Origin: Actinomycetota bacterium
GTDB lineage: Bacteria > Actinomycetota > UBA4738
NCBI GenBank assembly: GCA_046726275.1
Contig: JBKPAF010000040.1
Location: 174-64,173 of the forward strand
DNA: 64,000 nucleotides
Reading direction: 5' to 3'
Below, in pieces: positions 18,263 to 27,793 of this stretch (positions within the stretch are counted from its first letter, which is position 1; each line of letters begins with the position of its first letter). The position numbers and the translations under genes are program-made. The notes beneath the pieces were generated by a model. The model was given only the letters and a program-made list of their open reading frames with translations, was not told the origin of the DNA and searched no databases.

Positions 18263-18844
18263 ATGAGGGAAAAAACGGGTGGGCCACCAGGGCCTTCGGC
18301 GGCGAATCCGGGAGCACCCGGCGAAGAGATCGGCGTGCTGGTCGATGACCGGGACGAGGTGGTGGGTACCGCGCCGCGGAGCGCGATCCGGGCCAAGAAC
18401 CTGCTCCATCGGGGTGTGGCCATCGCCGTCCGGAACCCGGCGGGCCACATCTACGTGCATCGCCGCACGCCGGGCAAGGACGTCTTCCCCGGGATGTACG
18501 ACATGGTGGTCGGGGGGATGGTGGCGGCCGGAGAGTCCTACGAGGAGGCGGCCCGCCGCGAGCTCTCCGAAGAGCTGGGCGTCGAGCCGGCCGAGATCAC
18601 CTCGGTTCTGAAGCATCTGTACAAGGGAGATCGGAACAACGCGTGGATCTCTTTGTACGAGGTGCCCTGGGCCGGACCCATCCGCCACCAGGAAACGGAG
18701 ATCTCGTGGGGCGCCTACATGACGGTGGACGAGATCGTGGCCAAGCTCGACGAATGGCCGTTCGCGCCGGATCACCTCGAGGTGTTCGAGCGCTATCTGT
18801 CGTCACGGGCTCGCGGCTCAGCCCACGGTGGCCGAGCGACCTGA
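18263..18844 (+). CDS. NUDIX hydrolase
   Basis: Nudix box GGMVAAGESYEEAARRELSEELGV. ATG 18263 is preceded by GGAGG at an 8-nt spacing. The ORF track start is 18209. Confidence 0.85.
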   Translation: MREKTGGPPGPSAANPGAPGEEIGVLVDDRDEVVGTAPRSAIRAKNLLHRGVAIAVRNPAGHIYVHRRTPGKDVFPGMYDMVVGGMVAAGESYEEAARRELSEELGVEPAEITSVLKHLYKGDRNNAWISLYEVPWAGPIRHQETEISWGAYMTVDEIVAKLDEWPFAPDHLEVFERYLSSRARGSAHGGRAT

Positions 18845-18916
18845 GGCTCCACTCACCTCGCTCGCCCCGTATCATGCGGACCTGTCGAGGCCCGCGGTGC
18901 TCGGGAGGGGGACATC

Positions 18917-19318
18917 ATGGCCGACGCACGGATGGGCGCCTTTGCCGGGGTCCCACTGTTCGCGCGGGTGCCCAAGCGGCATCTGCGAACGATCCTCAAT
19001 CGGATGGAGGAATACGAGTACGAGGATGGCGCCACGATCCTCAGAGAGGGCACACATGGAGAGGTGCTGTTCGTGTTGCTCCAAGGCGAGGCGCGCGTCG
19101 TGCGCAGAGGGCGGACCGTGGCGCGCCTTCGCGCCGGTGACTTTTTCGGCGAGATCGCGGTCCTCGACCGGAGGCCCCGAACGGCCAGCGTGATCGCCGC
19201 CTCCCCCGTTCGTTGTCTGACGCTCCACCGGGAGGATCTGCGCAAGGTGGCCACCGACGAGCCGAGTGTGGCCTGGACCCTCCTGGGGACGCTGGCATCG
19301 CGGTTCCGCGGCGACTGA
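18917..19318 (+). CDS. stand-alone cyclic nucleotide-binding domain protein
   Basis: ORF track. GDFFGEIAVLDRRPRTASVIA is the canonical cNMP-binding phosphate-binding cassette. There is no fused output domain. Confidence 0.85.
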   Translation: MADARMGAFAGVPLFARVPKRHLRTILNRMEEYEYEDGATILREGTHGEVLFVLLQGEARVVRRGRTVARLRAGDFFGEIAVLDRRPRTASVIAASPVRCLTLHREDLRKVATDEPSVAWTLLGTLASRFRGD

Positions 19319-19337
19319 AGGGCTGAGCTCCGCGGCA

Positions 19338-19781
19338 CTACTGGACGCAGAACTCGTTCCCTTCCACGTCCTGCATGACCACCCAGTATTCCCCGAACTC
19401 CGAATCGACCTCACCCGGCCGGACGACGGCGGCCCCCTCGGCCTTCAATCGCTCCACCTCTGTATCGACCCGCCGGCGCCGCTCGTCCGCCGGCGTCGCC
19501 CGGCCGCCACTCACATTGAGGTCGAGGTGGACGCGGTTCTTCACCGTCTTCGGCTCGGGCACGCGCTGGAAGTAGATCCGGGGCCCTTTGCCTTCCGGGT
19601 CCACGACCGCGCCGGCCGAGTTCCAGCGATCCTCCGGAACGTTCATCGCTCGGAGGAAGTCCTCCCAGCTCCCATACCCATCGGGTGGATCCTGCTCCTT
19701 GTAGCCGAGCGCGGCGGCCCAGAAGGTCATCATCCGGTCCGGGTCCGCGCAGTCGATCACGACCTGGATATCGGTGGCCAT
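19338..19781 (-). CDS. VOC (glyoxalase-like) family protein
   Basis: ORF 19338..19898 trimmed to ATG 19781. FQRVPEPKTVKNRVHLDL and DVEGNEFCVQ mark it as a paralog of 283..669. Confidence 0.85.
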   Translation of the reverse strand: MATDIQVVIDCADPDRMMTFWAAALGYKEQDPPDGYGSWEDFLRAMNVPEDRWNSAGAVVDPEGKGPRIYFQRVPEPKTVKNRVHLDLNVSGGRATPADERRRRVDTEVERLKAEGAAVVRPGEVDSEFGEYWVVMQDVEGNEFCVQ

Positions 19782-19875
19782 CGCCGTTCTCCCTTCCCTG
19801 GGCGATCCGGGGACGATGACATACCCTAGCGACAGGGCACGCCCAAGGTCGGTGAGTGCCGGAGAGGGGGCCGCG

Positions 19876-20268
19876 GTGATCACGAAGGCGAACACCATCG
19901 GGATCTACGTGAGTGACCAGGATCGCGCCCTTGACTTCTACACGCAGTTGCTGGGGTTCGAGAAGCTGCGGGACGAACCTATGGGCGATCCCAGCGCATC
20001 GGACACCAGATGGCTGGTGGTGGCGCCCAAGGGTGCCGACACCCCTTTCGTCCTCTACACGCCCCCAGGAATGGAGGGGCGGATCGGGGGGTTTTCGAAC
20101 ATCGTGTGGGACACCGACGACATCCAGGCCACGTACGGCGACCTCGCCGCAAGAGGAGTGGAGTTCACCCAGCCACCCGCCAGGCAACCGTGGGGCTGGT
20201 GGGCCCAGTTCAAGGACCCCGACGGCAACGAGTTCGGCCTCCACCAGTCGGCGAGTCGAGAGCCATGA
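19876..20268 (+). CDS. VOC family protein (glyoxalase/bleomycin-resistance fold)
   Basis: GTG 19876 is preceded by GGAGAGGGGG. IGIYVSDQDRALDFYTQLLGF ... FKDPDGNEFGL are present. Confidence 0.8.
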   Translation: MITKANTIGIYVSDQDRALDFYTQLLGFEKLRDEPMGDPSASDTRWLVVAPKGADTPFVLYTPPGMEGRIGGFSNIVWDTDDIQATYGDLAARGVEFTQPPARQPWGWWAQFKDPDGNEFGLHQSASREP

Positions 20269-21668
20269 GCTCGACTGCCACCGACGTCAAGGTCGAGGAG
20301 GCAGCGGTTGCCGCTCTCGAGGGCACGTTCAGGGGACAGGTCGTCCGACCCACGGACCCGTCCTACGACGAACACCGCCGGATCTGGAACGGATCCATCG
20401 ATCGGTTTCCCGCGCTGATCGCTCGGTGTGCCGGCGTGGCGGACGTGATCGAGGCGGTGCGATTCGGACGGGACACCGGCCTTCGGACCGCCGTCCGAAG
20501 CGGAGGCCACAGCTTCCCCGGCCAGTCCGTGTGCGACGGCGGGCTGGTCATCGACCTGAGCCTGATGAAAGGGGTCCGGGTCGATCCCGAAGCGCACACG
20601 GCCCGGGCTCAAGCGGGCGTTCTCCTCGGAGAGCTCGACCGCGAGACGCAGGCCTTCGGGCTGGCCGTGCCGGCGGGGATCGTCACCCACACTGGTCTCG
20701 CCGGCCTCACGCTGGGCGGGGGGATCGGCTGGCTGATGAGGAAGTACGGCCTGACCGTGGATCAGCTCGTGTCGGTGGACCTGGTGACGGCGGACGGCGA
20801 GCTCGTGAAGGCGAGCGAGAGGGAGAACCCCGATCTGTTCTGGGGAGTGCGGGGCGCCGGCGGAAACTTCGGGATCGTCACCGAGTTCGAGTTTCGCCTC
20901 AATCCCCTGGGACCGACCGTTCTGGCCGGCCCGATCTTCTGGCCCATGGAGGAATCAGCGAGCGTCCTGCGGTTCTACCGCGACTGGATCACGGACGTGC
21001 CGGACGAGCTCACGACCATCGTGGTCCACCGCATGATGCCGCCGCTTCCGGCCGTCCCACCGGACCTCCACGGGGTGCCCGTCGTCACGGTGATCTGTTG
21101 TTATGCCGGGCCCGTCGAAGAAGGTGAGCGGGTGGTCCGCCCGATGAAGGAGTTCGGAACGCCCCTCCTCGACCTGTGCCAGCCCAAGCCGTTCGTGGAA
21201 CATCAGTCGATGTTCGACCCTTCTTTTCCCAACGGTTGGTGGTACTACTTCCGATCCTGTGACATCGCCGAGCTTTCGGACGAGGTCATCGACATCGTGT
21301 CCGACCGGGCTCCGCGGATGACGTCGCCGCTCACGGCGTTCCCCATCTTCCACCTGGGGGGCGCCATCTCACGCGTGGGCGAGGACGAGACGGCGTTCAA
21401 TGGGCGTAGCTCAGGGCACACGATCAACATCAACGCCACGACCGCGACCAGTGAGGGGTTCGAGGAAGAACGGGAGTGGTCGCGAAGCTTCTGGACGGCC
21501 CTCCAGCCGTATCACACCAGCGTGTACGTGAACTTCCTCATGGACGAGGGCGAGGACCGGATCCGCCAGGCTTACGGGTCCGAGCGGTACGACCGCCTCA
21601 AAGGTCTGAAGCGTCGCTACGACCCGGAGAACTTCTTCCGCCTGAACCAGAACATCCCCCCGACGTAG
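20265..21668 (+). CDS. FAD-binding oxidoreductase (FAD_binding_4 + BBE-like C-terminus)
   Basis: ATG 20265 overlaps the upstream stop (ATGA). VRSGGHSFPGQSV, GGGIGWLMRKYGL and the C-terminal YDPENFFRLNQNIPP are present. Confidence 0.9.
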   Translation: MSSTATDVKVEEAAVAALEGTFRGQVVRPTDPSYDEHRRIWNGSIDRFPALIARCAGVADVIEAVRFGRDTGLRTAVRSGGHSFPGQSVCDGGLVIDLSLMKGVRVDPEAHTARAQAGVLLGELDRETQAFGLAVPAGIVTHTGLAGLTLGGGIGWLMRKYGLTVDQLVSVDLVTADGELVKASERENPDLFWGVRGAGGNFGIVTEFEFRLNPLGPTVLAGPIFWPMEESASVLRFYRDWITDVPDELTTIVVHRMMPPLPAVPPDLHGVPVVTVICCYAGPVEEGERVVRPMKEFGTPLLDLCQPKPFVEHQSMFDPSFPNGWWYYFRSCDIAELSDEVIDIVSDRAPRMTSPLTAFPIFHLGGAISRVGEDETAFNGRSSGHTININATTATSEGFEEEREWSRSFWTALQPYHTSVYVNFLMDEGEDRIRQAYGSERYDRLKGLKRRYDPENFFRLNQNIPPT

Positions 21669-21669
21669 C

Positions 21670-22461
21670 TTGTCCGGCGACTTCGTGTTCGACCGGGACA
21701 CGTCGGTCTCGCCCGCGGGGCCGGGCCGGTGGCGGGCCCAGGTCGACCCCAAGTGGAACATCGCCGGCGCGCCCAACGGCGGATACCTGATCTCGATCGC
21801 GCTCGGCGCCATCGCGGGCACCGTTCCCCATCCAGACCCGTTGGCCGTGTCGGCGCACTTCCCCATGCGCACCGAGGCGGCGGAGGCCGACATCGCGGTG
21901 GATCTGGTTCGAGCGGGACGGGCCCACTCCACCGCCGCCGCGCGCCTGGTCCAGTCCGACCAGACGCGCCTCCACGTCGTGGCGACCTTCGGAGACCTGG
22001 GCGGCATCGAGGGACCGACCCTCGTGCGGGAGTCGCCTCCCGTGTTCCCCTCCCCCGGAGACTGTGTTCCGGCCCGAGGCCCGGTGGCTCCCGACTTCAT
22101 CGGGCAGTTCGATTTGCGGCTCACGCCGGACACGGCGGCGTGGGCGATCGGGAAGCCGAGCGGGGTGGCGGAGATGTGCGGCTGGATCCGGTTCGCCGAC
22201 GGGCGTGAACCGGACCCCAAGTCTCTGGCCATCTTCGCCGACTCGTTCCCGCCCACGGTGTTCAACGTGGGTCCGGCCGTGTGGGTGCCGACCCTGGAGC
22301 TGACCGTCCACGTACGCGGCCGGCCGGCTGCGGGGTGGCTGCAATGCCGGTTTCAGACCCGCTACCTGATTAAGGGCTATCTCGAGGAAGACGGGGAGAT
22401 CTGGGATTCGCGCGGCCGGCTCGTGGCCCAGTCCCGACAGCTCGCCCAGGTCAGGACGTGA
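21670..22461 (+). CDS. acyl-CoA thioesterase-like (double hot-dog, 4HBT_3-type) protein
   Basis: ORF track (TTG start). WNIAGAPNGGYLISIALGA and a C-terminal GYLEEDGEIWDSRGRLVAQSRQLA pattern are present. Confidence 0.75.
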   Translation: MSGDFVFDRDTSVSPAGPGRWRAQVDPKWNIAGAPNGGYLISIALGAIAGTVPHPDPLAVSAHFPMRTEAAEADIAVDLVRAGRAHSTAAARLVQSDQTRLHVVATFGDLGGIEGPTLVRESPPVFPSPGDCVPARGPVAPDFIGQFDLRLTPDTAAWAIGKPSGVAEMCGWIRFADGREPDPKSLAIFADSFPPTVFNVGPAVWVPTLELTVHVRGRPAAGWLQCRFQTRYLIKGYLEEDGEIWDSRGRLVAQSRQLAQVRT

Positions 22462-22464
22462 CCG

Positions 22465-22869
22465 CTAGGCCTGGTCCTCCTGGTCGAAATCGAGCGAGCA
22501 CGAGTTGATGCAGTACCGGAGGCCGGTCGGAGCTGGTCCGTCGTCGAACACGTGACCCAGGTGCCCCCCGCAGTTCTTGCAGGTCACCTCCGTCCGGACC
22601 ATCCCGTAGCTGGTATCCGTGTGGAGCTCGACGCGCTCCCGATCGGCGGGTTCGGTGAAGCTGGGCCATCCGGTTCCCGAGTCGAACTTCGTGTCCGATC
22701 GAAACAGCTCGGCGCCGCATCCCGCGCACCGGTAGGTGCCGTCGTCGTGGAGGTTCCAGTACGCCCCCGTGAACGCCCTCTCGGTGCCCTTCAGGCGGAG
22801 CACCTCGTACTGTTCGGGGGTGAGACGCTGCCGCCACTCCTCTTCGGTGTTCGGGATCTGCTTCTGCAT
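22465..22869 (-). CDS. msrB: peptide-methionine (R)-S-oxide reductase
   Basis: Two CxxC pairs ([25 protein letters not shown]) and GWPSF are present. ATG 22869 is preceded by GGAAAGGAAGG. Confidence 0.9.
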   Translation of the reverse strand: MQKQIPNTEEEWRQRLTPEQYEVLRLKGTERAFTGAYWNLHDDGTYRCAGCGAELFRSDTKFDSGTGWPSFTEPADRERVELHTDTSYGMVRTEVTCKNCGGHLGHVFDDGPAPTGLRYCINSCSLDFDQEDQA

Positions 22870-22946
22870 GCTCACGCCTTCCTTTCCTTGACCCATCCGG
22901 GGCCCTCCAGTCGCTAGAACAGCTCCGAACGCGACGGTGTTCCGGA

Positions 22947-24137
22947 TCAGCCCGTCCGGTCTCCATCGAGGTAGCGGAGGGCGAGGGCCGCGTACAGCGC
23001 GATGCCATTGGCCATGGCCGGCTCCTCGACCATCATGCGGTTCGAGTGGTTGGCCGGCGGGTTGGGATCGTCCGGTGGGGCCACCCCCAGGTCCAGCATG
23101 GCGCCGGGGACCCGCTGCAACACGTAGGAGAAGTCCTCCGAGCCCATCACCGGGTCGTCCATGACCTTGACCAACTCGTCCCCGAGGAGGTCCCTGGACA
23201 CGCCGAGGGCGAACTCGGTCATCGCCTCGTCGTTCACCGTGGTGGGATAGCCGGGATCGACGACCAGCTCGGCGCTCATCCTGTGCGCCGAGGCCACACC
23301 CTCGATCACTTGGCGGATGTTCTCGAGGACGAATTCGCGATTCTCCTCCGAGAGGGTGCGGACGGTTCCTTCCATGGCGGCCACTTCCGGTATGACGTTG
23401 TTCGTGGATCCCGCGTGGATGCTGGCGATGGTCACGACCGCCGGGTCGAACACGTCCACCTTTCGCGTCACCATGGTCTGCAGGGCCTGGACGATCTCGC
23501 AGGCCACCGGCACGGGATCCTTCGCTCGATATGGTGCGGAAGCGTGGCCGCCCTGACCCGTCACCGTTGCCACGATCTTGTCGGAGGAGGCCAGGAGCGG
23601 CCCGGACCTGGTGTGGATCTCCCCGGCCGGAAGGTAGGAGACGACGTGCAAGGCGAACGCCGCTGAAGGCGGCGCGCCCCCGTCGAGCAGCCCCTCCTCG
23701 ATCATCAGCCTGGCCCCGTGGTAGCCCTCCTCGCCCGGCTGGAACATGAACAGCACCGTCCCGCTCAGCTCGTCGCGATGTTCAACCAGGAGCCTGGCGG
23801 CCTGAAGAAGCATCGCCACGTGGGTGTCGTGACCGCAGGCGTGCATCGCCCCGTCGACCTCCGACGCGAAGTCCAGCCCGGTGTCTTCGGGCATGGGGAG
23901 GGCATCCATGTCGCCCCGGAGCAAGATGGTCGGGCCTTCACGTCTACCCTCGAGCGTCGCGGTGACCCAGGTGGCCCGCGTGCCCGTACGGATCTCGAGG
24001 GGCAAGCCCTTCAAGGCATCGAGGACGACCTGCTGCGTCTGCGGAAGGTCGAGGCCGATCTCCGGATGGCGATGGATGCGACGGCGAACCGCGATCGCTC
24101 CGTCGAGCAGCGCCTGAGCCTCGTCGAGAAGGGTCAT
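22947..24137 (-). CDS. M20D family amidohydrolase (N-acyl-amino-acid/hippurate hydrolase-like)
   Basis: ORF 22947..24389 trimmed to ATG 24137, which overlaps the MOSC stop (ATGA). [21 protein letters not shown] and MHACGHDTH are present. Confidence 0.9.
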   Translation of the reverse strand: MTLLDEAQALLDGAIAVRRRIHRHPEIGLDLPQTQQVVLDALKGLPLEIRTGTRATWVTATLEGRREGPTILLRGDMDALPMPEDTGLDFASEVDGAMHACGHDTHVAMLLQAARLLVEHRDELSGTVLFMFQPGEEGYHGARLMIEEGLLDGGAPPSAAFALHVVSYLPAGEIHTRSGPLLASSDKIVATVTGQGGHASAPYRAKDPVPVACEIVQALQTMVTRKVDVFDPAVVTIASIHAGSTNNVIPEVAAMEGTVRTLSEENREFVLENIRQVIEGVASAHRMSAELVVDPGYPTTVNDEAMTEFALGVSRDLLGDELVKVMDDPVMGSEDFSYVLQRVPGAMLDLGVAPPDDPNPPANHSNRMMVEEPAMANGIALYAALALRYLDGDRTG

Positions 24138-24922
24138 GACCTCGTCTCCTTTCCATCGATGAGCTCGGCCTCGTCGCCGAGGGCGATCGTCCCCACCTGG
24201 AGCACCTCGGCGTAGACCCCGAAGTTGATGTCTCGGTCGGGCGTGACCCCTCGGTACGAGGCGATGACCTTCAGCGTGTCGAAGTCCTTCACACCTGTCT
24301 GGGGATCGAGGGTGGTGACGACACACCTGGGGATGGGACCCCCCACCTCGACCACGGCCTGCCCGAGGCGAAGGTGCCGCCCGGCCCACGTGTCCTCTTC
24401 ATGGGGTTCGCATCCGGACAGCTCAACGAGCATCCGGAACCTCCCCGAATCGAGCGGACCCGCATGCCCCGCTCGGCGGGCCAACTCCTCGGCCGACGCG
24501 CTCGACACGAGCGACACCGGCGTCTCGTCGTTCGCCGCCCCCGGTCGGTCCGGCCGGACCACCAGCACGGGCCTGCCGACGAACGCCGAGACGGCCTCGG
24601 CCCAGGGTCCTTTCAACGCTCTCCCCGTGACCGCCCGCCCGTAGAAGCTGGTGACGACGGGCTCACCGAGCGCCGTCGAATCGCCCTCCACGGATGCCCC
24701 ATCGGGGAAGGTCAGGGCCAACCATTCCCTGGACGGGTCATACGCCGAGGTGATCTGCATCAGCGATCCGTTCTTGCCCGTCGAGACGAGGCGGCCATCG
24801 GTCTCCGCCAGATAGAAGCGGCGATTCTCGACCACGCCGAACGGCTCCAATCGGATCCGCTCGGGATGTTGGAGCGCCATCGACTTGACCGGCGCGATCG
24901 AGAGTCGAGCCACCGCTCGCAT
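24134..24922 (-). CDS. MOSC domain-containing protein (MOSC_N + MOSC)
   Basis: ORF track. LSIAPVKSMA at the N-terminus and the C-terminal IPRCVVTT segment with the conserved Cys. Confidence 0.85.
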   Translation of the reverse strand: MRAVARLSIAPVKSMALQHPERIRLEPFGVVENRRFYLAETDGRLVSTGKNGSLMQITSAYDPSREWLALTFPDGASVEGDSTALGEPVVTSFYGRAVTGRALKGPWAEAVSAFVGRPVLVVRPDRPGAANDETPVSLVSSASAEELARRAGHAGPLDSGRFRMLVELSGCEPHEEDTWAGRHLRLGQAVVEVGGPIPRCVVTTLDPQTGVKDFDTLKVIASYRGVTPDRDINFGVYAEVLQVGTIALGDEAELIDGKETRS

Positions 24923-25043
24923 GGATGCTCACGGTACCAAGGAGGAGACCGGGTGAGCTCGAGAAGCAGCGCTCTGGCCTGGGCATTTGCGCAGATCCAA
25001 TCCCATTCGATATCCTTCGAACGCCTGATTCGGAAAGGATCGA

Positions 25044-26147
25044 ATGGTCATGGCGACCCGAGTGATGGATCTCACGGGAGCGAGGTCCCGGGTGGGAGTG
25101 GACGTGGTCCCTTCTACCAGCGTGGAGTTCCTGATGACTCTGACCAAGTTCAGCATGGAGGGGAGCAGGGAGACCTTCGAGGACGGATCGACCTGGTTTG
25201 ACGAAGTTCGAACGAAGACGTCCCCGGAGCTTCTAGCCGCCCTGGCCGCCGTGAACGGCAAGGCCGGAGTCGGATGGGGAAGCCTGGCCGGGCCGCCGCT
25301 CGGTGTCGCCCTCCAACGGCCCTCCGACCACACCGTCTCGGAATTCCTCCGTCGCATGGAGGCGCTGCCTCCTCGGGAGCTGTGGTTGATCCTGGCCGGG
25401 TACTACATCCCGCCGTTGCGGGAGGAGGTGGGGAGGGAGGACTTCCTACGGGCCGCAGAGGGGGACACTTCCTCGCGAAGCGCCATCTTGGATGCCGCTC
25501 GCAAGTGGGAGGACGAAATGGAGGAAGAGCCGCCCCTCATGTACCTCTCGGCGGAGCAGCTCAAGAATCACATCTTGACGGCGCTCAAGCTCTGGCATCG
25601 GGAGGTCTTCGCGGAACGCGAGGAGGAGGTGACCGTAATCCTCGAGCGGGACGCGGCGGCCAAGCGAGCCCTGGCGGCGACGACGACTCCGGAAAAGCTG
25701 ATCGAGATCGCCACGAATGGGATCGAGTTCCGCGGCGAGCGGTGGGTTCGGCGAGTGGTCCTCCTCCCCCATGTCGCCATGCGCCCCTGGAACGTGTCTT
25801 CCGCGTGGGAGGACCGGTGGATCATCTGCTACCCGGTGGCGGACGAGAGCCTCGGAGACGACCGGACCGCGCCCCCGCCCCGCATGCTGAGGTTGTACAA
25901 GGCCTTGGGCGACGAGAAGCGGCTCCGGATCCTGAAGCGATTGGTCTCGGGCCAGGCCACTCTCCAGGAGCTCGCCGATTCCGTGGGCCTCGCGAAGTCC
26001 TCCGTCCACCACCACATGGTGATCCTCCGGTCGGCCGGCCTCGTCAAGGTGACCGAAGACATCCCGTGGCTGTACACATTGCGAACCGACACCATCCCCG
26101 AGGCGTCGGGCCTGCTAGCGAACTTTCTCGAAGGAGTCAGGTCGTGA
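25044..26147 (+). CDS. ArsR-family transcriptional regulator with large N-terminal domain (DUF5937-like)
   Basis: The C-terminal wHTH is LYKALGDEKRLRILKRLVSGQATLQELADSVGLAKSSVHHHMVILRSAGLV. It is preceded by an uncharacterised domain of about 270 aa. Confidence 0.8.
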   Translation: MVMATRVMDLTGARSRVGVDVVPSTSVEFLMTLTKFSMEGSRETFEDGSTWFDEVRTKTSPELLAALAAVNGKAGVGWGSLAGPPLGVALQRPSDHTVSEFLRRMEALPPRELWLILAGYYIPPLREEVGREDFLRAAEGDTSSRSAILDAARKWEDEMEEEPPLMYLSAEQLKNHILTALKLWHREVFAEREEEVTVILERDAAAKRALAATTTPEKLIEIATNGIEFRGERWVRRVVLLPHVAMRPWNVSSAWEDRWIICYPVADESLGDDRTAPPPRMLRLYKALGDEKRLRILKRLVSGQATLQELADSVGLAKSSVHHHMVILRSAGLVKVTEDIPWLYTLRTDTIPEASGLLANFLEGVRS

Positions 26148-27496
26148 AGAGCGAACGCAGCCGGAGCCTGTGGCGTCACCCGGACTTCATGAAGCTATGG
26201 ACCGCGGAGACCATCAGCCAGCTCGGGACCCAGGTGACCCTCCTGGCTCTGCCGCTCACCGCGATCCTCATCCTCAAGGCGTCGCCGTTCCAGGTCGGCC
26301 TGCTCGGCACTGTGGAGTTCCTGCCGTTCATCCTGGTCGGGCTGCCTGCGGGCGTCTGGGTGGACCGGCTTCGGCGCAAGCCGATCCTGATCGCCGGTGA
26401 CCTCGGCCGGGTGGCCGCGCTCGCCTCGATCCCCATCGCCTACGAGCTGGGCGTACTGCACATCGGACAGCTCTACGTCGTGGCGTTCGTCACCGGCGTG
26501 TTGACGGTGTTCTTCGACGTCGCCTATCAGTCCTATCTGCCCTCACTGGTCGAACGAGACCAGATCGTCGACGGGAACGCCAAGCTGGAGATCTCCCGGT
26601 CCGGCGCTCAGCTCGCCGGGCCCGGCATGGCGGGGGCCCTGATCGAGATCCTCAAAGCGCCGGTGGCCATCCTCGCCGATGCGATCAGCTTCCTGGGGTC
26701 GGCGATCTTTGTGTTCCTCATCCGAAAGCCGGAGCCTCCCGTCGAGCGCCACTCCACGGACGGGAGCAAGCCGAAGATGCGGTCGGAGATCCTCGTCGGA
26801 CTCCGCTACGTGTGGCGACACCCTCTGCTCAGGCCGATCGCGTTCTGCACCGCGACCTCGAACTTCTTCGGCTACATCGCGCAGGCCGTGCTGTTGATCT
26901 TCGTGGTCCGGCAGCTCGGGTTGTCGGCCGGCGAAGTGGGCCTGGCGTTCTCGATCGGCAACATCGGGTTCCTGCTCGGAGCGTTCGTCTCTGGCCGGGT
27001 CGCCCGCATCGTCGGCCTCGGCAGGACCATCGTGGGGTCCGCGATGACTTTCGGGCTGGCGTTCCTGCCGGTACCGCTGGCAACGAGCGACTCGATCTTC
27101 CCGATCCTGGTCCTCACGATGCTGATCGGCGGGTTCGCCAACGTCCTGTACAACGTCAACCAGGTCAGCCTCCGACAGTCCATCACCGCTGAGCGGATGC
27201 AGGGGCGCATGAACGCCACCATGCGATTCATGGTGTGGGGCACGATCCCTCTGGGGTCGTTCGTCGGCGGCGTATTGGGCGGTGTGATCGGTCTGAGGCC
27301 GACGCTGTGGGTCGCGGCCATCGGCACTCTTCTGGCGTTCGTCCCCCCCTTCCTGTCACCGGTCCGGAAGCTGGAGCGGATCCCGGACATGCCGAGCAAG
27401 GAGCCTGGGGTCGCGGAGGCGCTCGCCACGACCGGCGATGGACTGGTCGAGCCGGTGGAGGTCCCCCGTCCCGTCTCCGAGCCGACCCGGGACTGA
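26144..27496 (+). CDS. MFS transporter (EntS/MFS_3-like)
   Basis: GTG 26144 overlaps the ArsR stop (GTGA). WRHPDFMKLWTAETISQLGTQV is followed by a polytopic hydrophobic profile. Confidence 0.85.
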   Translation: MKSERSRSLWRHPDFMKLWTAETISQLGTQVTLLALPLTAILILKASPFQVGLLGTVEFLPFILVGLPAGVWVDRLRRKPILIAGDLGRVAALASIPIAYELGVLHIGQLYVVAFVTGVLTVFFDVAYQSYLPSLVERDQIVDGNAKLEISRSGAQLAGPGMAGALIEILKAPVAILADAISFLGSAIFVFLIRKPEPPVERHSTDGSKPKMRSEILVGLRYVWRHPLLRPIAFCTATSNFFGYIAQAVLLIFVVRQLGLSAGEVGLAFSIGNIGFLLGAFVSGRVARIVGLGRTIVGSAMTFGLAFLPVPLATSDSIFPILVLTMLIGGFANVLYNVNQVSLRQSITAERMQGRMNATMRFMVWGTIPLGSFVGGVLGGVIGLRPTLWVAAIGTLLAFVPPFLSPVRKLERIPDMPSKEPGVAEALATTGDGLVEPVEVPRPVSEPTRD

Positions 27497-27509
27497 TAGG
27501 GGTGCCGGC

Positions 27510-27680
27510 CTGGCCAAGCTGATCTACTCGGCGATCACCTCGCTCGACGGCTGTGTCGCGGACCAGGACGGCAACTTCGCCTGGGCTGAGCCGGACGAGG
27601 AGGTGCACACGTTCGTCAACGACCTTCAGCGTCCGGTGGGCACCCTCCTCCTCGGGCGACGCATGCACGAGGTATTGGTT
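27510..27680 (+). pseudogene. 5' fragment of a dihydrofolate-reductase-family (RibD C-terminal domain) gene
   Basis: LAKLIYSAITSLDGCVADQDGNFAWAEPDEEVHTFVNDLQRPVGTLLLGRRMHEVL matches the first ~55 aa of this ~180-aa family. CTG occupies the usual Met position, and the similarity ends at about 27680. Confidence 0.55.
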
Positions 27681-27793
27681 ACCGCACGACGTAGCGGTCC
27701 TCGGGCTCAGGCCGGGCGGAGGCGACTCCGCCACGATCTCCGCTAGCCTGTTTCCCGGACCGGTCGATCTTGCTCCGGAGGAAACGAGGTCTC

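Noticed and set aside
25274-27496. Very long ORFs that appear to fuse neighbouring genes or add long N-termini (25274-27496, 50267-52321, 33454-35193, 1437-2729, 36773-38509, 22947-24389)
   Set aside because: The upstream portions overlap the preceding gene in another frame and look like junk. Internal starts with SD-like sequences or ATGA/GTGA overlaps give normal family-length proteins.
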